A DNA stretch of 64,000 nucleotides. It comes from an uncultured Clostridia bacterium (GTDB lineage Bacteria > Bacillota > Clostridia > TANB77 > CAG-508). A program made the position numbers and the translations under genes. Below, in pieces: positions 1 to 11,017 of this stretch; the stretch's first letter is position 1; each line of letters opens with the position of its first letter. The notes under the pieces were generated by a model. That model was not told the origin of the DNA. It searched no databases and saw nothing but the letters and a program-made list of their open reading frames with translations. The stretch spans positions 57,166-121,165 of the forward strand of contig CARPYP010000001.1 in NCBI GenBank assembly GCA_949045875.1, given 5' to 3'.

Positions 1-1660
1 TGTCTTCATCATGTTCTACAACTAATACTGAGTTTCCTAAGTCTCTTAGTTTTTTTAGTGTTGCTATTAGTTTTTCATTGTCTCTTTGATGTAATCCTAT
101 ACTTGGTTCGTCTAATATGTAAAGCACTCCTGTTAGACTTGAACCTATTTGAGTTGCAAGACGTATACGTTGCGCTTCTCCTCCTGATAATGTTCCTGCT
201 GGTCTTGATAATGTTAAATATTCAAGTCCCACATCTAATAAAAATTGTAGCCTTTTATTTAGTTCTTTTAATATCATATCTGCAATCATTGCTTCTTGTT
301 TTGTTAATTTTAGATTATTTAAAAATTCCTTTATTTTATCTATTGACATTTCTGTTAGTTCATTAATGTTTTTTTCTTCAATTTTTACTGCTAAACTTTC
401 TTTTTTTAGTCTTGCTCCTTTACATATAGGACAGTCTGATTCACTCATGTACATTTCATAGAAATCTCTCATTCCTTGTGATTTCGTTTCATTGTGCCTT
501 CTTTCTAATGTTGGAATTACTCCTTCAAATGGAGTTGTGAATTTTCTTACCCCGAATGGAGATTCATATTCAAAGTCTATTTTTTCATCTCCTGTACCAT
601 ATAAGATTTTTTCCAAAAATTCTCTTGGTAATTTTTTTATTGGTTGTTTTATATTGACTCCATAATATTTTCCAATACTTTCAAAGTACATTTTTGCCAT
701 AGTGTCCCCTTTTTTCATTGTGCTTGAACCAAATGCTTTTACACCATCATATAAAGTTTTATTCTTATCTGGAATTATTAGGTCTTCGTCCATTTTCATT
801 AAATATCCAATTCCTGTACATGCTGGACATGCACCAAATGGATTATTAAATGAGAACATCCTTGGTGTTAGTTCTTCTATACTTATTCCACAGTCTACAC
901 ATGAGTAATTTGTGTTATACATTTTTTCGTATTTATTGTCTTTTTCTGAGATTTCAACTAATACTATGTTATTTGCATTTTTTAAAGATACTTCTATTGA
1001 TTCTGCTAACCTGTTCCTAATGTCTTCTTTTATAACTAATCTATCTACTACTAATTCTATATTGTGTTTTTTCTTTCTATCTATTTGTATATCATCTGTT
1101 AGTTCTACCATTTCTCCATCTATTCTGGCTCTTACAAATCCTTGCCTTTGATAACTTTCTAATTGTTTTACAAATTCTCCTTTTCTTCCTCGTATGATTG
1201 GGGCTAAAATTTGAATTTTAGCTCCTTCTGGTAATTTTAATATATCATCTATTATTTGGTCTAATGTTTGTTTTTCTATTTTCTTTCCACAGTTTGGGCA
1301 GTATGCTACACCTATTCTTGCATATAATAAACGAATATAGTCATATATTTCTGTTACTGTTCCTACTGTTGACCTTGGATTTTTTGATGTTGTTTTTTGG
1401 TCTATTGATATTGCTGGTGAAAGTCCTTCTATTGATTCAACATCTGGTTTTTCCATTATTCCTAAAAATTGCCTTGCATATGAGGATAAACTTTCTACAT
1501 ATCTTCTTTGACCTTCTGCATATAATGTATCAAATGCTAAGGATGATTTTCCTGAACCTGAAAGCCCTGTAATTACAACTAATTTGTCTCTTGGGATTTC
1601 AAGGTTTATGTTTTTTAGATTATGTTCTTTTGCTCCTTTTATTACTATCTTATCATTCAT
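1..1660 (-). CDS. uvrA: Excinuclease ABC subunit A (UvrA), N-terminal ~553 aa; 3' part lies beyond window start
   Basis: Reverse-strand translation from 1660 gives [67 protein letters not shown]. The frame continues through [38 protein letters not shown] (UvrA ABC signature). The ORF is open at the window edge. Confidence 0.9.
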   Translation of the reverse strand, partial: MNDKIVIKGAKEHNLKNINLEIPRDKLVVITGLSGSGKSSLAFDTLYAEGQRRYVESLSSYARQFLGIMEKPDVESIEGLSPAISIDQKTTSKNPRSTVGTVTEIYDYIRLLYARIGVAYCPNCGKKIEKQTLDQIIDDILKLPEGAKIQILAPIIRGRKGEFVKQLESYQRQGFVRARIDGEMVELTDDIQIDRKKKHNIELVVDRLVIKEDIRNRLAESIEVSLKNANNIVLVEISEKDNKYEKMYNTNYSCVDCGISIEELTPRMFSFNNPFGACPACTGIGYLMKMDEDLIIPDKNKTLYDGVKAFGSSTMKKGDTMAKMYFESIGKYYGVNIKQPIKKLPREFLEKILYGTGDEKIDFEYESPFGVRKFTTPFEGVIPTLERRHNETKSQGMRDFYEMYMSESDCPICKGARLKKESLAVKIEEKNINELTEMSIDKIKEFLNNLKLTKQEAMIADMILKELNKRLQFLLDVGLEYLTLSRPAGTLSGGEAQRIRLATQIGSSLTGVLYILDEPSIGLHQRDNEKLIATLKKLRDLGNSVLVVEHDED

Positions 1661-1772
1661 TTCGTCATTCCCTTTTTTATATATTTTGTGTCAAACACTG
1701 ATATATTTTATCATATTTATTTTATATATTCAATAGTTTTTACAAATTTTTGTTTGTAAACTTAGATTTATT

Positions 1773-1800
1773 TAAGGACGCCTCCTTGGGCGTCCTTACG
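1773..1800 (-). terminator. GC-rich hairpin (aaggacgcc-tccttg-ggcgtcctt) downstream of the BceB-like permease gene
   Basis: Perfect 9-bp GC stem in AT-rich intergenic DNA, 13 nt after the stop at 1813. Confidence 0.5.
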
Positions 1801-1812
1801 TGGCTTTATATT

Positions 1813-3918
1813 TTAATTTCCATTTACATTTCTTTCAAATTGTATATCTGTTGCAATAAAATATATTCCATATACTAGTATAAACATTCCAAGTATTATT
1901 GCAATATTTTTTAAAATTTCTTCTATTGTTACTGCTATTGTAAATATGTTTCCAATAATTATTATTGCTGGTATGCTTACTATAATTGGAATTAGTAATG
2001 GAATAGCAAAATACATGAATAGTTGTTTAAATATTATCCTATTAGTTTGCAATTCGTCAATTCCTAATTTTTTTAATAGTTCATATCTGTATTTATATTT
2101 CTCTGATTCACTTAATTGTTGTATTGCAAGTAATGTAGCGGTTGCCATTACAAAGATTAATGCTATATAAAAGGCTAAGAATGAAATTATTGCATAAAAT
2201 GATTTTGATTCACTTATTCTTTCTCCTCTTGTCTGAACACTTCCATGTGGTATTTCCATATGGTATTCTTCTGTTTTTCCGTCAATTTCTCCTATAAGTG
2301 GTATATGCTCTCTTTTTATGAACTCTTTTAAATCATTATAGAATTTTTCATTTGTAGCTTCTTCTGTTTGTACAACTAAATTATAACTATAATCAAATGT
2401 GTAGATATTTGTTTCTCCATATTCTTGCTCATCTTTAATTTGTCCTTCTTCTGTATTAACTTGATTTTTTAATTTTGCTTCTTCTTCACTTATTAATGGA
2501 ATTAAACTATCTGGTACTATAATTGTATAGATATATCCATTAAATCCAATTTGTGCTAAATGTTCACCTTTAATATCTTTTATTTTCATATTTTTATTTA
2601 CTATTGTTATTATATCACTTTCTTGCTTGAATTGTTCAAGTATTTTTTCTGCTGTTTTTAAAGAATGAATAATAATTTCATCTTCTTGTAAATTCATTTT
2701 TTCGTATCCAAGTATTTCCCTTAATCTATTATATTCTGTTAAACCTAATATACATTCTAGTTCATTCTCTGTAGTTCCTTCAAATACTGTTCCTTTAAAT
2801 GCCTTTGATATATTTAAATTTCCAATATTATATATTCTATATTCATACATATCTTTTATTTTTGCATTTTCTTTTATGTATTGTTTGAATTTTGTAAAAT
2901 CACCGTCATCTGTACTAATCATGATTTCATATGGATAACCCATTTCTAATTCGTTGCTTAACATATTATTTAAGAGTAATGCTACATTTCCTCCTATTAA
3001 TATTATTGTAAACATTACAGCTATTGTTCCAATTGTTACACTCATTGTATTAATTTTTGATGTTAGGTTTCTAAATAAAAACATATTGTCTTTTTTGTAT
3101 TTTTTTGATTTGTTGTCTAAGTACCTTTTTACTATAAAACTAGATATACTAATATAGAATAGATAAATTCCTATTATTAGCATTATTATTGCTATAAATA
3201 CATTTCTAGCATTCATATTTTCTGGCGATTTGAATTCTTTATTTGTTAAAAACAAAGCTCCTATTAATAAAATTATTGATAATATAAATATTACTATATT
3301 TCCTTTTGATTTTTTTATTATACTATTTTCGTTTTTCTTGTCTGCATATAGTAAATCGTGTACTTTTGTCTTGTTTATTTTTCTTCTACAATTTAATAAT
3401 ACTAATACAAATATACCAAAAAAGTAGATTGATGTCATCCATATTGCTTTTAAATTAAAAGATATTCCAATTTGATATGGTTGATTAAATAGTTTCATAA
3501 TTATTGTAGTGAATATCTGATATAAGAATGTTCCTACTCCAATTCCTATTAAAAATGCTATACTTCCTATTATAAGATTTTCTAGTGTAAACATATTACT
3601 AATTGATTTTTTCTCTATTCCTAATATCTCATATATCCCAAATTCTTTGCTTCTTTTTTCTAGCATAAATTTCATTGTGTAATTTATTAACCAAGACATA
3701 ATTAAAATAATGATTATACTTATTCCTGTGATACATTTTGAAAAGCTTTGCATATATGTTGATAATTCATTTATATCTTCTGATACTGCTATCGAGTTGA
3801 AACTAAACATTAGTGATACTGATATTATTACTGTTATAAAGTATATGATATAATCTTTTGCTTGTCTTTTTGCATTTCTTAAAGATAATTTACCTAACAT
3901 TTCTTTGGTCACCTCCAA
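1813..3918 (-). CDS. BceB-like ABC transporter permease (FtsX-family, 10 TM with large extracellular loop)
   Basis: 701 aa. Predicted TM-helix pattern with a ~220-aa hydrophilic loop between late TM helices. Overlaps the upstream ATPase gene, as in bceAB operons. Confidence 0.8.
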   Translation of the reverse strand: MEVTKEMLGKLSLRNAKRQAKDYIIYFITVIISVSLMFSFNSIAVSEDINELSTYMQSFSKCITGISIIIILIMSWLINYTMKFMLEKRSKEFGIYEILGIEKKSISNMFTLENLIIGSIAFLIGIGVGTFLYQIFTTIIMKLFNQPYQIGISFNLKAIWMTSIYFFGIFVLVLLNCRRKINKTKVHDLLYADKKNENSIIKKSKGNIVIFILSIILLIGALFLTNKEFKSPENMNARNVFIAIIMLIIGIYLFYISISSFIVKRYLDNKSKKYKKDNMFLFRNLTSKINTMSVTIGTIAVMFTIILIGGNVALLLNNMLSNELEMGYPYEIMISTDDGDFTKFKQYIKENAKIKDMYEYRIYNIGNLNISKAFKGTVFEGTTENELECILGLTEYNRLREILGYEKMNLQEDEIIIHSLKTAEKILEQFKQESDIITIVNKNMKIKDIKGEHLAQIGFNGYIYTIIVPDSLIPLISEEEAKLKNQVNTEEGQIKDEQEYGETNIYTFDYSYNLVVQTEEATNEKFYNDLKEFIKREHIPLIGEIDGKTEEYHMEIPHGSVQTRGERISESKSFYAIISFLAFYIALIFVMATATLLAIQQLSESEKYKYRYELLKKLGIDELQTNRIIFKQLFMYFAIPLLIPIIVSIPAIIIIGNIFTIAVTIEEILKNIAIILGMFILVYGIYFIATDIQFERNVNGN

Positions 3919-4687
3919 GAAGTGCTAATACATCTAATATTTCATTATAGAATTCTTTTGTTTGTTTTTCTCCTTTTTCTATCTTATTAAAAATTTTTCC
4001 GTCTTTTACGAATAAAATTTTACTACAGTAACTTGCAGATAATGGATCATGTGTTACCATTAGAATTGTGGCTTTCATGTTTTTATTCATGTCTTCCATT
4101 ATTTCTAATAATTGTTTTGCTGATTTACTGTCTAGGCTTCCTGTTGGTTCATCTGCTAATATTATTTTGGGTCTGTTTATTATTGCTCTACTACACGCAC
4201 ATCTCTGTTTTTGTCCTCCTGATACTTGATATGGATATTTATTTAATATTTCTTCTATTCCTAATTTTTGTGTAATTTCTTCTATTTTTTTATCAATTTC
4301 TTTTTGTGGAATTTTATTTATTGTTAATATTAAAGCAATGTTTTCTTCTATTGTTAATGTGTCTAATAAATTAAAATCTTGAAATATAAATCCTAAATTT
4401 TTTCTTCTAAATTTACAGATTTCTTTTTCTTCTATTTCTGTAATGTCTTGCTCATCTAAATAAATATGCCCTGAACTTACTGTATCTATAGTTGATATAC
4501 AGTTTAGAAGTGTTGTTTTACCACTTCCACTTGCTCCCATTATTCCTATAAATTCCCCTTCTTCTACATCAAAACTAATACCATCTATTGCTTTTGTTAT
4601 ATTGTCTTTATTTCCATAGTATTTTTGTATTTTTTCTACTTTTAATATTTTTTTCAAAGTATTCACTCCTTTATTTTTTGATTTCAT
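3890..4687 (-). CDS. BceA-like ABC transporter ATP-binding protein
   Basis: 265 aa. Walker A GASGSGKTTLLN, ABC signature VSGGQKQR, Walker B ILADEPTGSLD. Confidence 0.9.
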   Translation of the reverse strand: MKSKNKGVNTLKKILKVEKIQKYYGNKDNITKAIDGISFDVEEGEFIGIMGASGSGKTTLLNCISTIDTVSSGHIYLDEQDITEIEEKEICKFRRKNLGFIFQDFNLLDTLTIEENIALILTINKIPQKEIDKKIEEITQKLGIEEILNKYPYQVSGGQKQRCACSRAIINRPKIILADEPTGSLDSKSAKQLLEIMEDMNKNMKATILMVTHDPLSASYCSKILFVKDGKIFNKIEKGEKQTKEFYNEILDVLALLGGDQRNVR

Positions 4688-4764
4688 ATTAAGTTTATAT
4701 TATTTTTTATTAGTTTCATATAGAAGTAGTTTGCTTTTATCTTACAGTTTTGTAATATTTCTTT

Positions 4765-5775
4765 CTATTCCCCCTTTTTACTTTTTGGAATTTTTAGGTT
4801 TATTTGGGTATATTCATTTTCTTTGCTTTGCGCTTCTATTTCTATGTTTAGTTCTTTACATAATTTATTACATAGATACAGCCCTATTCCTGTTGACTTT
4901 TTGTTTAATTTTCTTCCATTTGTTCCTGTAAAACCTTTTTCGAATATTCTGTTTATTTCACTCTCTTTTATTCCTATTCCATTGTCTTTTATTAATATTT
5001 TTATGTCCTCTTTGTTTTCTATTGCTTCTATTGTTACTTTTGAGTCATATTCTTTTTTATATTTTATTGCATTTATTATTATTTGATTTAATATGAACTC
5101 TAGCCATTTTTCATCTGTATAGACTGATACATCAATATTTCTTATTTCTACTTTCATATTGTTTTGTATCATTATTTTTTTATTTCTTGCGAGTACATTT
5201 TTTATTATTTCTGCTATTTCTATTTTTCTTATCATGAAATCATTTGATACTTGCTCAAGTCTTGCATAAAATAAGGCTTGTTCTACAAAGTTATTGATTT
5301 CCTCTAATTCTTCATCTATTTTATTTGTTATATCTGATTTATTATTTTCACATAATAGTTTTGCTGATGTGATTGGTATTTTTATCTCATGTACCCAACT
5401 TTCTATGTATTCTTTATATTCCTTTTTTGAATATATTATTTCTGATACATTGTCTATCATAGATTTATTAGCTTTTTTTAATATTTTATAATATGCTAGA
5501 TTTTCTTCTCTTCTAGGTTTTTTAATTATTTCTGATATTAAATATTTCTCTTGTAAGCCTTCCATAGTTTTTTCTATATCTTTTATATATCTATTTTTTA
5601 TAATATAACTTGTAATAAATCCCACTATAAAAAATATAGTAGGCATTATTGATATAACTAATACTACATTTTTATCTACTCCCATAGCATTTGTATAGCT
5701 TATTATTATGATGATATATATTATGTATGCTAATATAAAATTTATTTTATCTTTTATGTATCTACCCAATTTCAT
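4765..5775 (-). CDS. Intramembrane-sensing sensor histidine kinase (BceS-like)
   Basis: 336 aa. Two N-terminal TM helices with almost no extracellular loop. HisKA/HATPase region (GIGLYLCNKL). 4-nt overlap with the RR gene. Confidence 0.8.
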   Translation of the reverse strand: MKLGRYIKDKINFILAYIIYIIIIISYTNAMGVDKNVVLVISIMPTIFFIVGFITSYIIKNRYIKDIEKTMEGLQEKYLISEIIKKPRREENLAYYKILKKANKSMIDNVSEIIYSKKEYKEYIESWVHEIKIPITSAKLLCENNKSDITNKIDEELEEINNFVEQALFYARLEQVSNDFMIRKIEIAEIIKNVLARNKKIMIQNNMKVEIRNIDVSVYTDEKWLEFILNQIIINAIKYKKEYDSKVTIEAIENKEDIKILIKDNGIGIKESEINRIFEKGFTGTNGRKLNKKSTGIGLYLCNKLCKELNIEIEAQSKENEYTQINLKIPKSKKGE

Positions 5776-6452
5776 ATTTTATATCCTTGTCCTCTTTTTG
5801 TTTCAATTAAATTTTCTATTCCTATTTCTTTTAATTTTTCTCTTAACCTTGTAATAATTACACTTAAACTATTATCATCTGCATATACTTCATTGTCCCA
5901 CAAAAAGTCTATTATGTCTGCTCTTGGTATTATTTTGTCTTTGTTTTTAAAAAGATAATGTAATGTTTTTATTTCTGTTTTTGTTAATTCTATTTCTTTT
6001 TTATTATAAGTTATTTTAGATTTTAAAACCTCCAAAGTAATACCTTTATACTCTATTTTGCTTTCTCTTTCTTCTAAATATGTTCTGTTTAATAAATTTT
6101 TTATTCTTGCAAGCAGTATTGGTACATTATATGGCTTTTCTATATAGTCGTCTCCTCCTAGCATTATTCCTTTTAATTCATCCATTGAATTGTTCCTACT
6201 AGTTACAAATATAATTGGTACTTTTGATTTTGCTCTTATTTTACTACAGATTTCAAATCCATCTTTGTTTGGCAAGTTTATATCTAATAATATTAAATGA
6301 ACTTGCTCTTCTATAATTTTTTCAATAATGTGTTCAAAGTCTGAGATTATTTGTACTTCATATCCACTGTTTTCTAATAATATTTTTAGTTCTTCTCTTA
6401 TTTCTTTATCATCTTCTACTATAATAATTTTAAACATAAAAGTTCTTTTCAC
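5772..6452 (-). CDS. OmpR-family response regulator (BceR-like)
   Basis: 226 aa. Receiver domain (IIIVEDD...LLDINLP) plus winged-helix C-terminus (RGQGYKI). Confidence 0.85.
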   Translation of the reverse strand: MKRTFMFKIIIVEDDKEIREELKILLENSGYEVQIISDFEHIIEKIIEEQVHLILLDINLPNKDGFEICSKIRAKSKVPIIFVTSRNNSMDELKGIMLGGDDYIEKPYNVPILLARIKNLLNRTYLEERESKIEYKGITLEVLKSKITYNKKEIELTKTEIKTLHYLFKNKDKIIPRADIIDFLWDNEVYADDNSLSVIITRLREKLKEIGIENLIETKRGQGYKI

Positions 6453-6472
6453 CTTGCTTCCTTATCTAACTT

Positions 6473-8110
6473 TTATACACTTTCTTTATGTACTATTCTA
6501 TCTATTTGCCCATCTTTTAAGTATATTATTTTATCTGAACTTTCAATTGTTGATTTTCTATGCGCTATTATAATTACTGTGCTTTTCTCTGAAATTTTAT
6601 CTATTATATTTTGTATCATGTTTTCTGTTTGTAAATCTATATTTGAAGTTGGTTCATCAAATATATAAAAATTTGCTTTATGCACTATGGCTCTTATAAA
6701 AGCTATTATCTGTAATTCTCCATAGGATACTTTCATAAGTTTTATTTTTGTATCTAAGCCGTTTTCTAATTTACTAAATAAGTTTTCTACTCCCATTTCA
6801 TGTACTAATTGATTTATTTGTTCATCTGTTATATTTTTGTTTCCTAGCGTTATATTATTTCTTATTGTATCTGTAAATATATAAGGATTTTGTGATATGT
6901 AAGAAATATTATCTCTTAGACATTTTGTGGATATTTGTGAAATATCTTTATTATCAATTAATATTTTTCCATTTTCTATATCATATAATTTCATTAATAC
7001 ATTTGTAATTGTTGTCTTTCCTACACCTGTTCTTCCTGCAATAGTAACCTTTGTTCCTTTTTTTATTATAAATGATATATTTTTTAGTATAGTATCTTTT
7101 TCATATTTCATTGATACATTTTGAAATTCTATATCTCCAATTAGATTTTCTATATACTCTCCGTTTTCAATATTTTCTTCTTCTGTTTCATTTAATAAAA
7201 CTTTTATCCTTTTATATGAATTTATACATGTTTGTAATTCTTCTAACTGGTTACAGATTTCCTCAAGTGGTGTTTTGCATTCTTTTGTATAGTATAAAAC
7301 TAAATAGATGCTTCCTAATGATATATTTATATTAATATTTAAAGCATAATATACAATAGCATAAATTCCTATTGCTTGTATCATTGCTATTATCCAATTT
7401 GGAAAATGATGTATAAATATATACTTTCTTCTTATTTTTAGTTCTGAATAAAATAATTCGTTCATTTTATTAATATTTTTATGTTGTAATTTAAAAAGAT
7501 AAGTCAACTTACTTTTATTGTATAATTCAGAAAATTCTTTATTTTCTTTGTCTCTTTTCTTTAAAATCTCATTATCTAATCTTCCTAATTCTTTGGTAAA
7601 TTTATATACAATAATTGAAATAAGGATTACAGTAATTGCACCAATAATAGCTAAATTAATGTTAGCTACAAACATCATTATTATCATAAATACTATATAT
7701 AATATATTACTTAGAATATCATATAAAAATCCAAAAAATAGTTCAAATAAATTATCTACATCTGATGTTAATCTAGTGTACAATTCTGACGAATTGTATT
7801 TATTAAAAGTACTCATTTTAAAATTTAAAATCTTGTCAAATAATGTTTTTCTAATATCTCTTAGAATTTTACAAATAGTTATATTTATTGCCACATCTCT
7901 TATGTACTTAAATATTAGTCTACCTAAATGTATAGATGTATAGGTGAATATAAAAAATAGTATTGTCTGAATTATATCTTCTTTTGTAAAATCAATATCT
8001 ATAACTTTCTTTACTATATATGGTGGTAATGCTGATAAGAAATCACAGGCTAATAATAATATACCTATAATTATTATTGATTTAAGATACTTTTTTATGA
8101 CTTTTCGCAT
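6473..8110 (-). CDS. ABC exporter, fused permease/ATP-binding subunit with degenerate signature motif
   Basis: 545 aa. N-terminal 6-TM domain. Walker A GRTGVGKTT. The signature position reads VSYGELQ instead of LSGGQ. Gene is directly adjacent (slight overlap) to the second exporter subunit gene. Confidence 0.8.
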   Translation of the reverse strand: MRKVIKKYLKSIIIIGILLLACDFLSALPPYIVKKVIDIDFTKEDIIQTILFFIFTYTSIHLGRLIFKYIRDVAINITICKILRDIRKTLFDKILNFKMSTFNKYNSSELYTRLTSDVDNLFELFFGFLYDILSNILYIVFMIIMMFVANINLAIIGAITVILISIIVYKFTKELGRLDNEILKKRDKENKEFSELYNKSKLTYLFKLQHKNINKMNELFYSELKIRRKYIFIHHFPNWIIAMIQAIGIYAIVYYALNININISLGSIYLVLYYTKECKTPLEEICNQLEELQTCINSYKRIKVLLNETEEENIENGEYIENLIGDIEFQNVSMKYEKDTILKNISFIIKKGTKVTIAGRTGVGKTTITNVLMKLYDIENGKILIDNKDISQISTKCLRDNISYISQNPYIFTDTIRNNITLGNKNITDEQINQLVHEMGVENLFSKLENGLDTKIKLMKVSYGELQIIAFIRAIVHKANFYIFDEPTSNIDLQTENMIQNIIDKISEKSTVIIIAHRKSTIESSDKIIYLKDGQIDRIVHKESV

Positions 8111-9852
8111 GATATATCACCTACTTTCTCATAGGTATTTAGTTCATTGTAGAGTGTGCTCTTTTCAAGCATTTCATGATGTGTTCCACTATCACAAATC
8201 TTTCCATCAACTAGCAAAAACACTTTGTCCATTTTTTCCATCATACTTATTTTATTTGAAATAAGTATAAGTATTTTATTTCCTATTTGTTTTTCTATCT
8301 CTTGTATTACCTTCTTTTCAGTTTCAATATCAAGTGCAGATAATGTATCATCAAATATATTTATATTTCTAACATTTAATAGATTTCTTGCAATTTGTAT
8401 TCTCTGTTTTTGACCACCTGATATTTTGATTCCATTTTCTCCTATTTTTGTTTCAAATCCATCTTGCATTTCTTTTATGTCTTCTAATATATTGGCTTTT
8501 TCACTTATTTGTTCTATCTCCCTATATGTACTTTCACTCACAATATCAATATTATTTTTTATAGTATCATCTGTAATAACATTTTTTTGCATTGCATATC
8601 CAATATTTTCAAATATACTCTCTCTTGAATATTCATTTATATCAATTCCATTTATAAATATTGTATTTTCGGGAACCTCATAAAATCCTGCTAATATATT
8701 CATGAGTGTTGTTTTTCCGCTTCCGACTTTACCGACAATACCAACCTTTTCTCCACTGTTTATTGTCATATTTATATTATCTATTGCTAATTTTCCTTCT
8801 TTTTCATAACTATAACTAAGGTTTTTTATCTCTATTTTATCAATTCTTTCTAATTTTATACCTTCTTTTTTATAAGTATCTAGTCCAAAAAAATAGTTAA
8901 ATCTTCTACTAGCTATTTTAAAATTAGATATTCCTGTAAGTAATGGTTCTATTGAGTTTACAATTTCTGATATTGCGAATGCTATACAAGAAATATATGC
9001 TGTTAGTTCTCCAATAGTTAATAATCCTTTATTAATTAAAATCAATCCAACTGTAAATCCTACACAATAACATACTGCATATAAAATGTTTGCTACCATA
9101 TCCATTTTATAGATTACAGCTCCAACATTAACATCTGATTTGTATGTTTCTTCATTAATTTTATCAAATTTTTTTCTTTGATTTTTTTGTTCATTATATA
9201 GTTTTATTAAACTAAAACCAGATGTATTTTGTTCTATATTTTTTGATAAATCTATATATACTTTTCTTTCTTTTTCAAGTAATTCTCCTTGTTTTTTATA
9301 AAGTTTATATAAAAAATACATAGCAATTGGAAAAAACGGTAATATTGAAAGCATTAAAATCATATTAAGATCTTTCCCTATGACAATTAACCCAATAATA
9401 GGTGATACAATTAATCTTGTCACATTAAAAAAGGCATTTCCAAAGAATTTTCTTATTGATAATATTTCTTTTGATAAGTATGCAAGAAATACTCCTTTGT
9501 CTTCTTTATCATAATATTCTGGTTTTACTGATTGTAAATGTTCTATTACCTTGCTTCTTAAATATGTGTCTGATATTCTAGCTCTAGTAAAAAATAGTGT
9601 TCTATATATGATTCTAGGTATAATCATTATAATTGAATAAAATATTAAGCTATATACACTATGCATAATAACATCTTTATTAGTGTTTCCTTTAATTAAT
9701 AAATCTAATATGTTTCCTACAATACTAGGTATTTTATACAATATATATATGACAATTGCATGAAAAACCATACCTAATATATAAATAGGAAATGTTCTCT
9801 TTAATTCTGCTGTAAATATTTTATTGTTTTTGCAATTTTGGTTCGTTTTCAT
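8095..9852 (-). CDS. ABC exporter, fused permease/ATP-binding subunit (canonical site)
   Basis: 585 aa. Walker A GKVGSGKTTLMN, signature ISGGQKQRIQIAR, Walker B IFDDTLSALD. Confidence 0.85.
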   Translation of the reverse strand: MKTNQNCKNNKIFTAELKRTFPIYILGMVFHAIVIYILYKIPSIVGNILDLLIKGNTNKDVIMHSVYSLIFYSIIMIIPRIIYRTLFFTRARISDTYLRSKVIEHLQSVKPEYYDKEDKGVFLAYLSKEILSIRKFFGNAFFNVTRLIVSPIIGLIVIGKDLNMILMLSILPFFPIAMYFLYKLYKKQGELLEKERKVYIDLSKNIEQNTSGFSLIKLYNEQKNQRKKFDKINEETYKSDVNVGAVIYKMDMVANILYAVCYCVGFTVGLILINKGLLTIGELTAYISCIAFAISEIVNSIEPLLTGISNFKIASRRFNYFFGLDTYKKEGIKLERIDKIEIKNLSYSYEKEGKLAIDNINMTINSGEKVGIVGKVGSGKTTLMNILAGFYEVPENTIFINGIDINEYSRESIFENIGYAMQKNVITDDTIKNNIDIVSESTYREIEQISEKANILEDIKEMQDGFETKIGENGIKISGGQKQRIQIARNLLNVRNINIFDDTLSALDIETEKKVIQEIEKQIGNKILILISNKISMMEKMDKVFLLVDGKICDSGTHHEMLEKSTLYNELNTYEKVGDISCEKS

Positions 9853-9965
9853 TTTTTACCTTTCATCATTATAAAATTCATATTACTTTTTTACTTGATT
9901 TAATGATAGTTTTTTAATTTTCTCTAAACAAATTATTTAAGAGTTATCTCAGTGTAAGTCACACC

Positions 9966-10205
9966 TTATTTATGCCCTTTTATATATTCTACTACATCCC
10001 CTACTGTTACAATTTTATCTGCGTCTCCATCTGGAATTTCCATTTCAAATTCTTCTTCTATATTCATTACTAGTTCTACAATGTCTAAAGAGTCTGCTGA
10101 TAAATCATCTACAAATGTTGCTTCTTCTTTTACATTTTCTTCATCTACTCCTAATTGTTCAATTATTATTTTCTTTAATTTTTCAAAAATATCTTCTCTA
10201 TTCAT
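9966..10205 (-). CDS. acpP: Acyl carrier protein
   Basis: 79 aa, acidic, [10 protein letters not shown] phosphopantetheine-attachment motif. Confidence 0.9.
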   Translation of the reverse strand: MNREDIFEKLKKIIIEQLGVDEENVKEEATFVDDLSADSLDIVELVMNIEEEFEMEIPDGDADKIVTVGDVVEYIKGHK

Positions 10206-10232
10206 TTTTTTCTCCTTACATTTATAATTTTC

Positions 10233-11006
10233 CTATACACCCATGATATTATATCCACTATCTGCATATATAACTTGCCCTGTGATAGCTTCTGACATTT
10301 CACTTAATAAAAATGTTGCGACATTACCTACTTGTGTAGTAGTAACATTTCTATGTAATGGTGCTTTTTCTTCTACAACTGTTAAAATTGTTGAGAAATC
10401 TTTTATTCCTTTTGCAGATAATGTTTTTATAGGTCCTGCTGAAATAGCATTTACTCTTATTCCTTCTTTCCCTAAGTTTTCTGCTAAATATCTAACACTT
10501 GCTTCTAATGCTGCTTTTGCAACTCCCATTACATTATATCCTTCTAATACTTTTGTAGAACCATGATATGTTAATGTTATTAAGTTTGCATTTTCGTTTA
10601 ACATATCTATTTCTTTTGCTATTCTTGATACAAGTACAAATGAATATGCACTTACATCTACTGCATGAGAATATCCTTCTTTACTTGTATATATGAAATC
10701 ATTATGTAAATCTTCTGTATTTGCATGTGCAATTGCATGAACTATTCCATCTACTTTTCCATTTTCTTCTTTTATCTTTGTAAATACTTCTTTTACTAAT
10801 TCGTCTTCTGATGCTCCATCTAATACATATGATTTGCTCCCTTTAAATTCTCCTATTAGTTCTTCTATCTTCTCTTTATTTTCTTCTCCCATATATGTAA
10901 ATATTAATTTTGCTCCGTTTTCATATGCTGATTTTGCAATTCCATATGCTATACTCCATTTGTTTCTTATTCCCATAATTAATATTTTTTTGTCTTTTAA
11001 TAACAT
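10233..11006 (-). CDS. fabI: Enoyl-[acyl-carrier-protein] reductase (NADH), FabI type
   Basis: 257 aa. FabI-family SDR N-terminus (ILIMGIRNKWSIAYGIAKS) and overall length. Confidence 0.8.
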   Translation of the reverse strand: MLLKDKKILIMGIRNKWSIAYGIAKSAYENGAKLIFTYMGEENKEKIEELIGEFKGSKSYVLDGASEDELVKEVFTKIKEENGKVDGIVHAIAHANTEDLHNDFIYTSKEGYSHAVDVSAYSFVLVSRIAKEIDMLNENANLITLTYHGSTKVLEGYNVMGVAKAALEASVRYLAENLGKEGIRVNAISAGPIKTLSAKGIKDFSTILTVVEEKAPLHRNVTTTQVGNVATFLLSEMSEAITGQVIYADSGYNIMGV

Positions 11007-11017
11007 TTTTATTCCTC

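Noticed and set aside
58-1572. Several + strand ORFs (58..366, 702..908, 912..1151, 1264..1572) overlapping the uvrA region
   Set aside because: They lie antisense to a clearly conserved uvrA frame and are Leu/Phe/Ile-rich, as expected for the antisense of AT-rich coding DNA. They have no RBS. The same applies to most short + strand ORFs in the track that overlap minus-strand genes.
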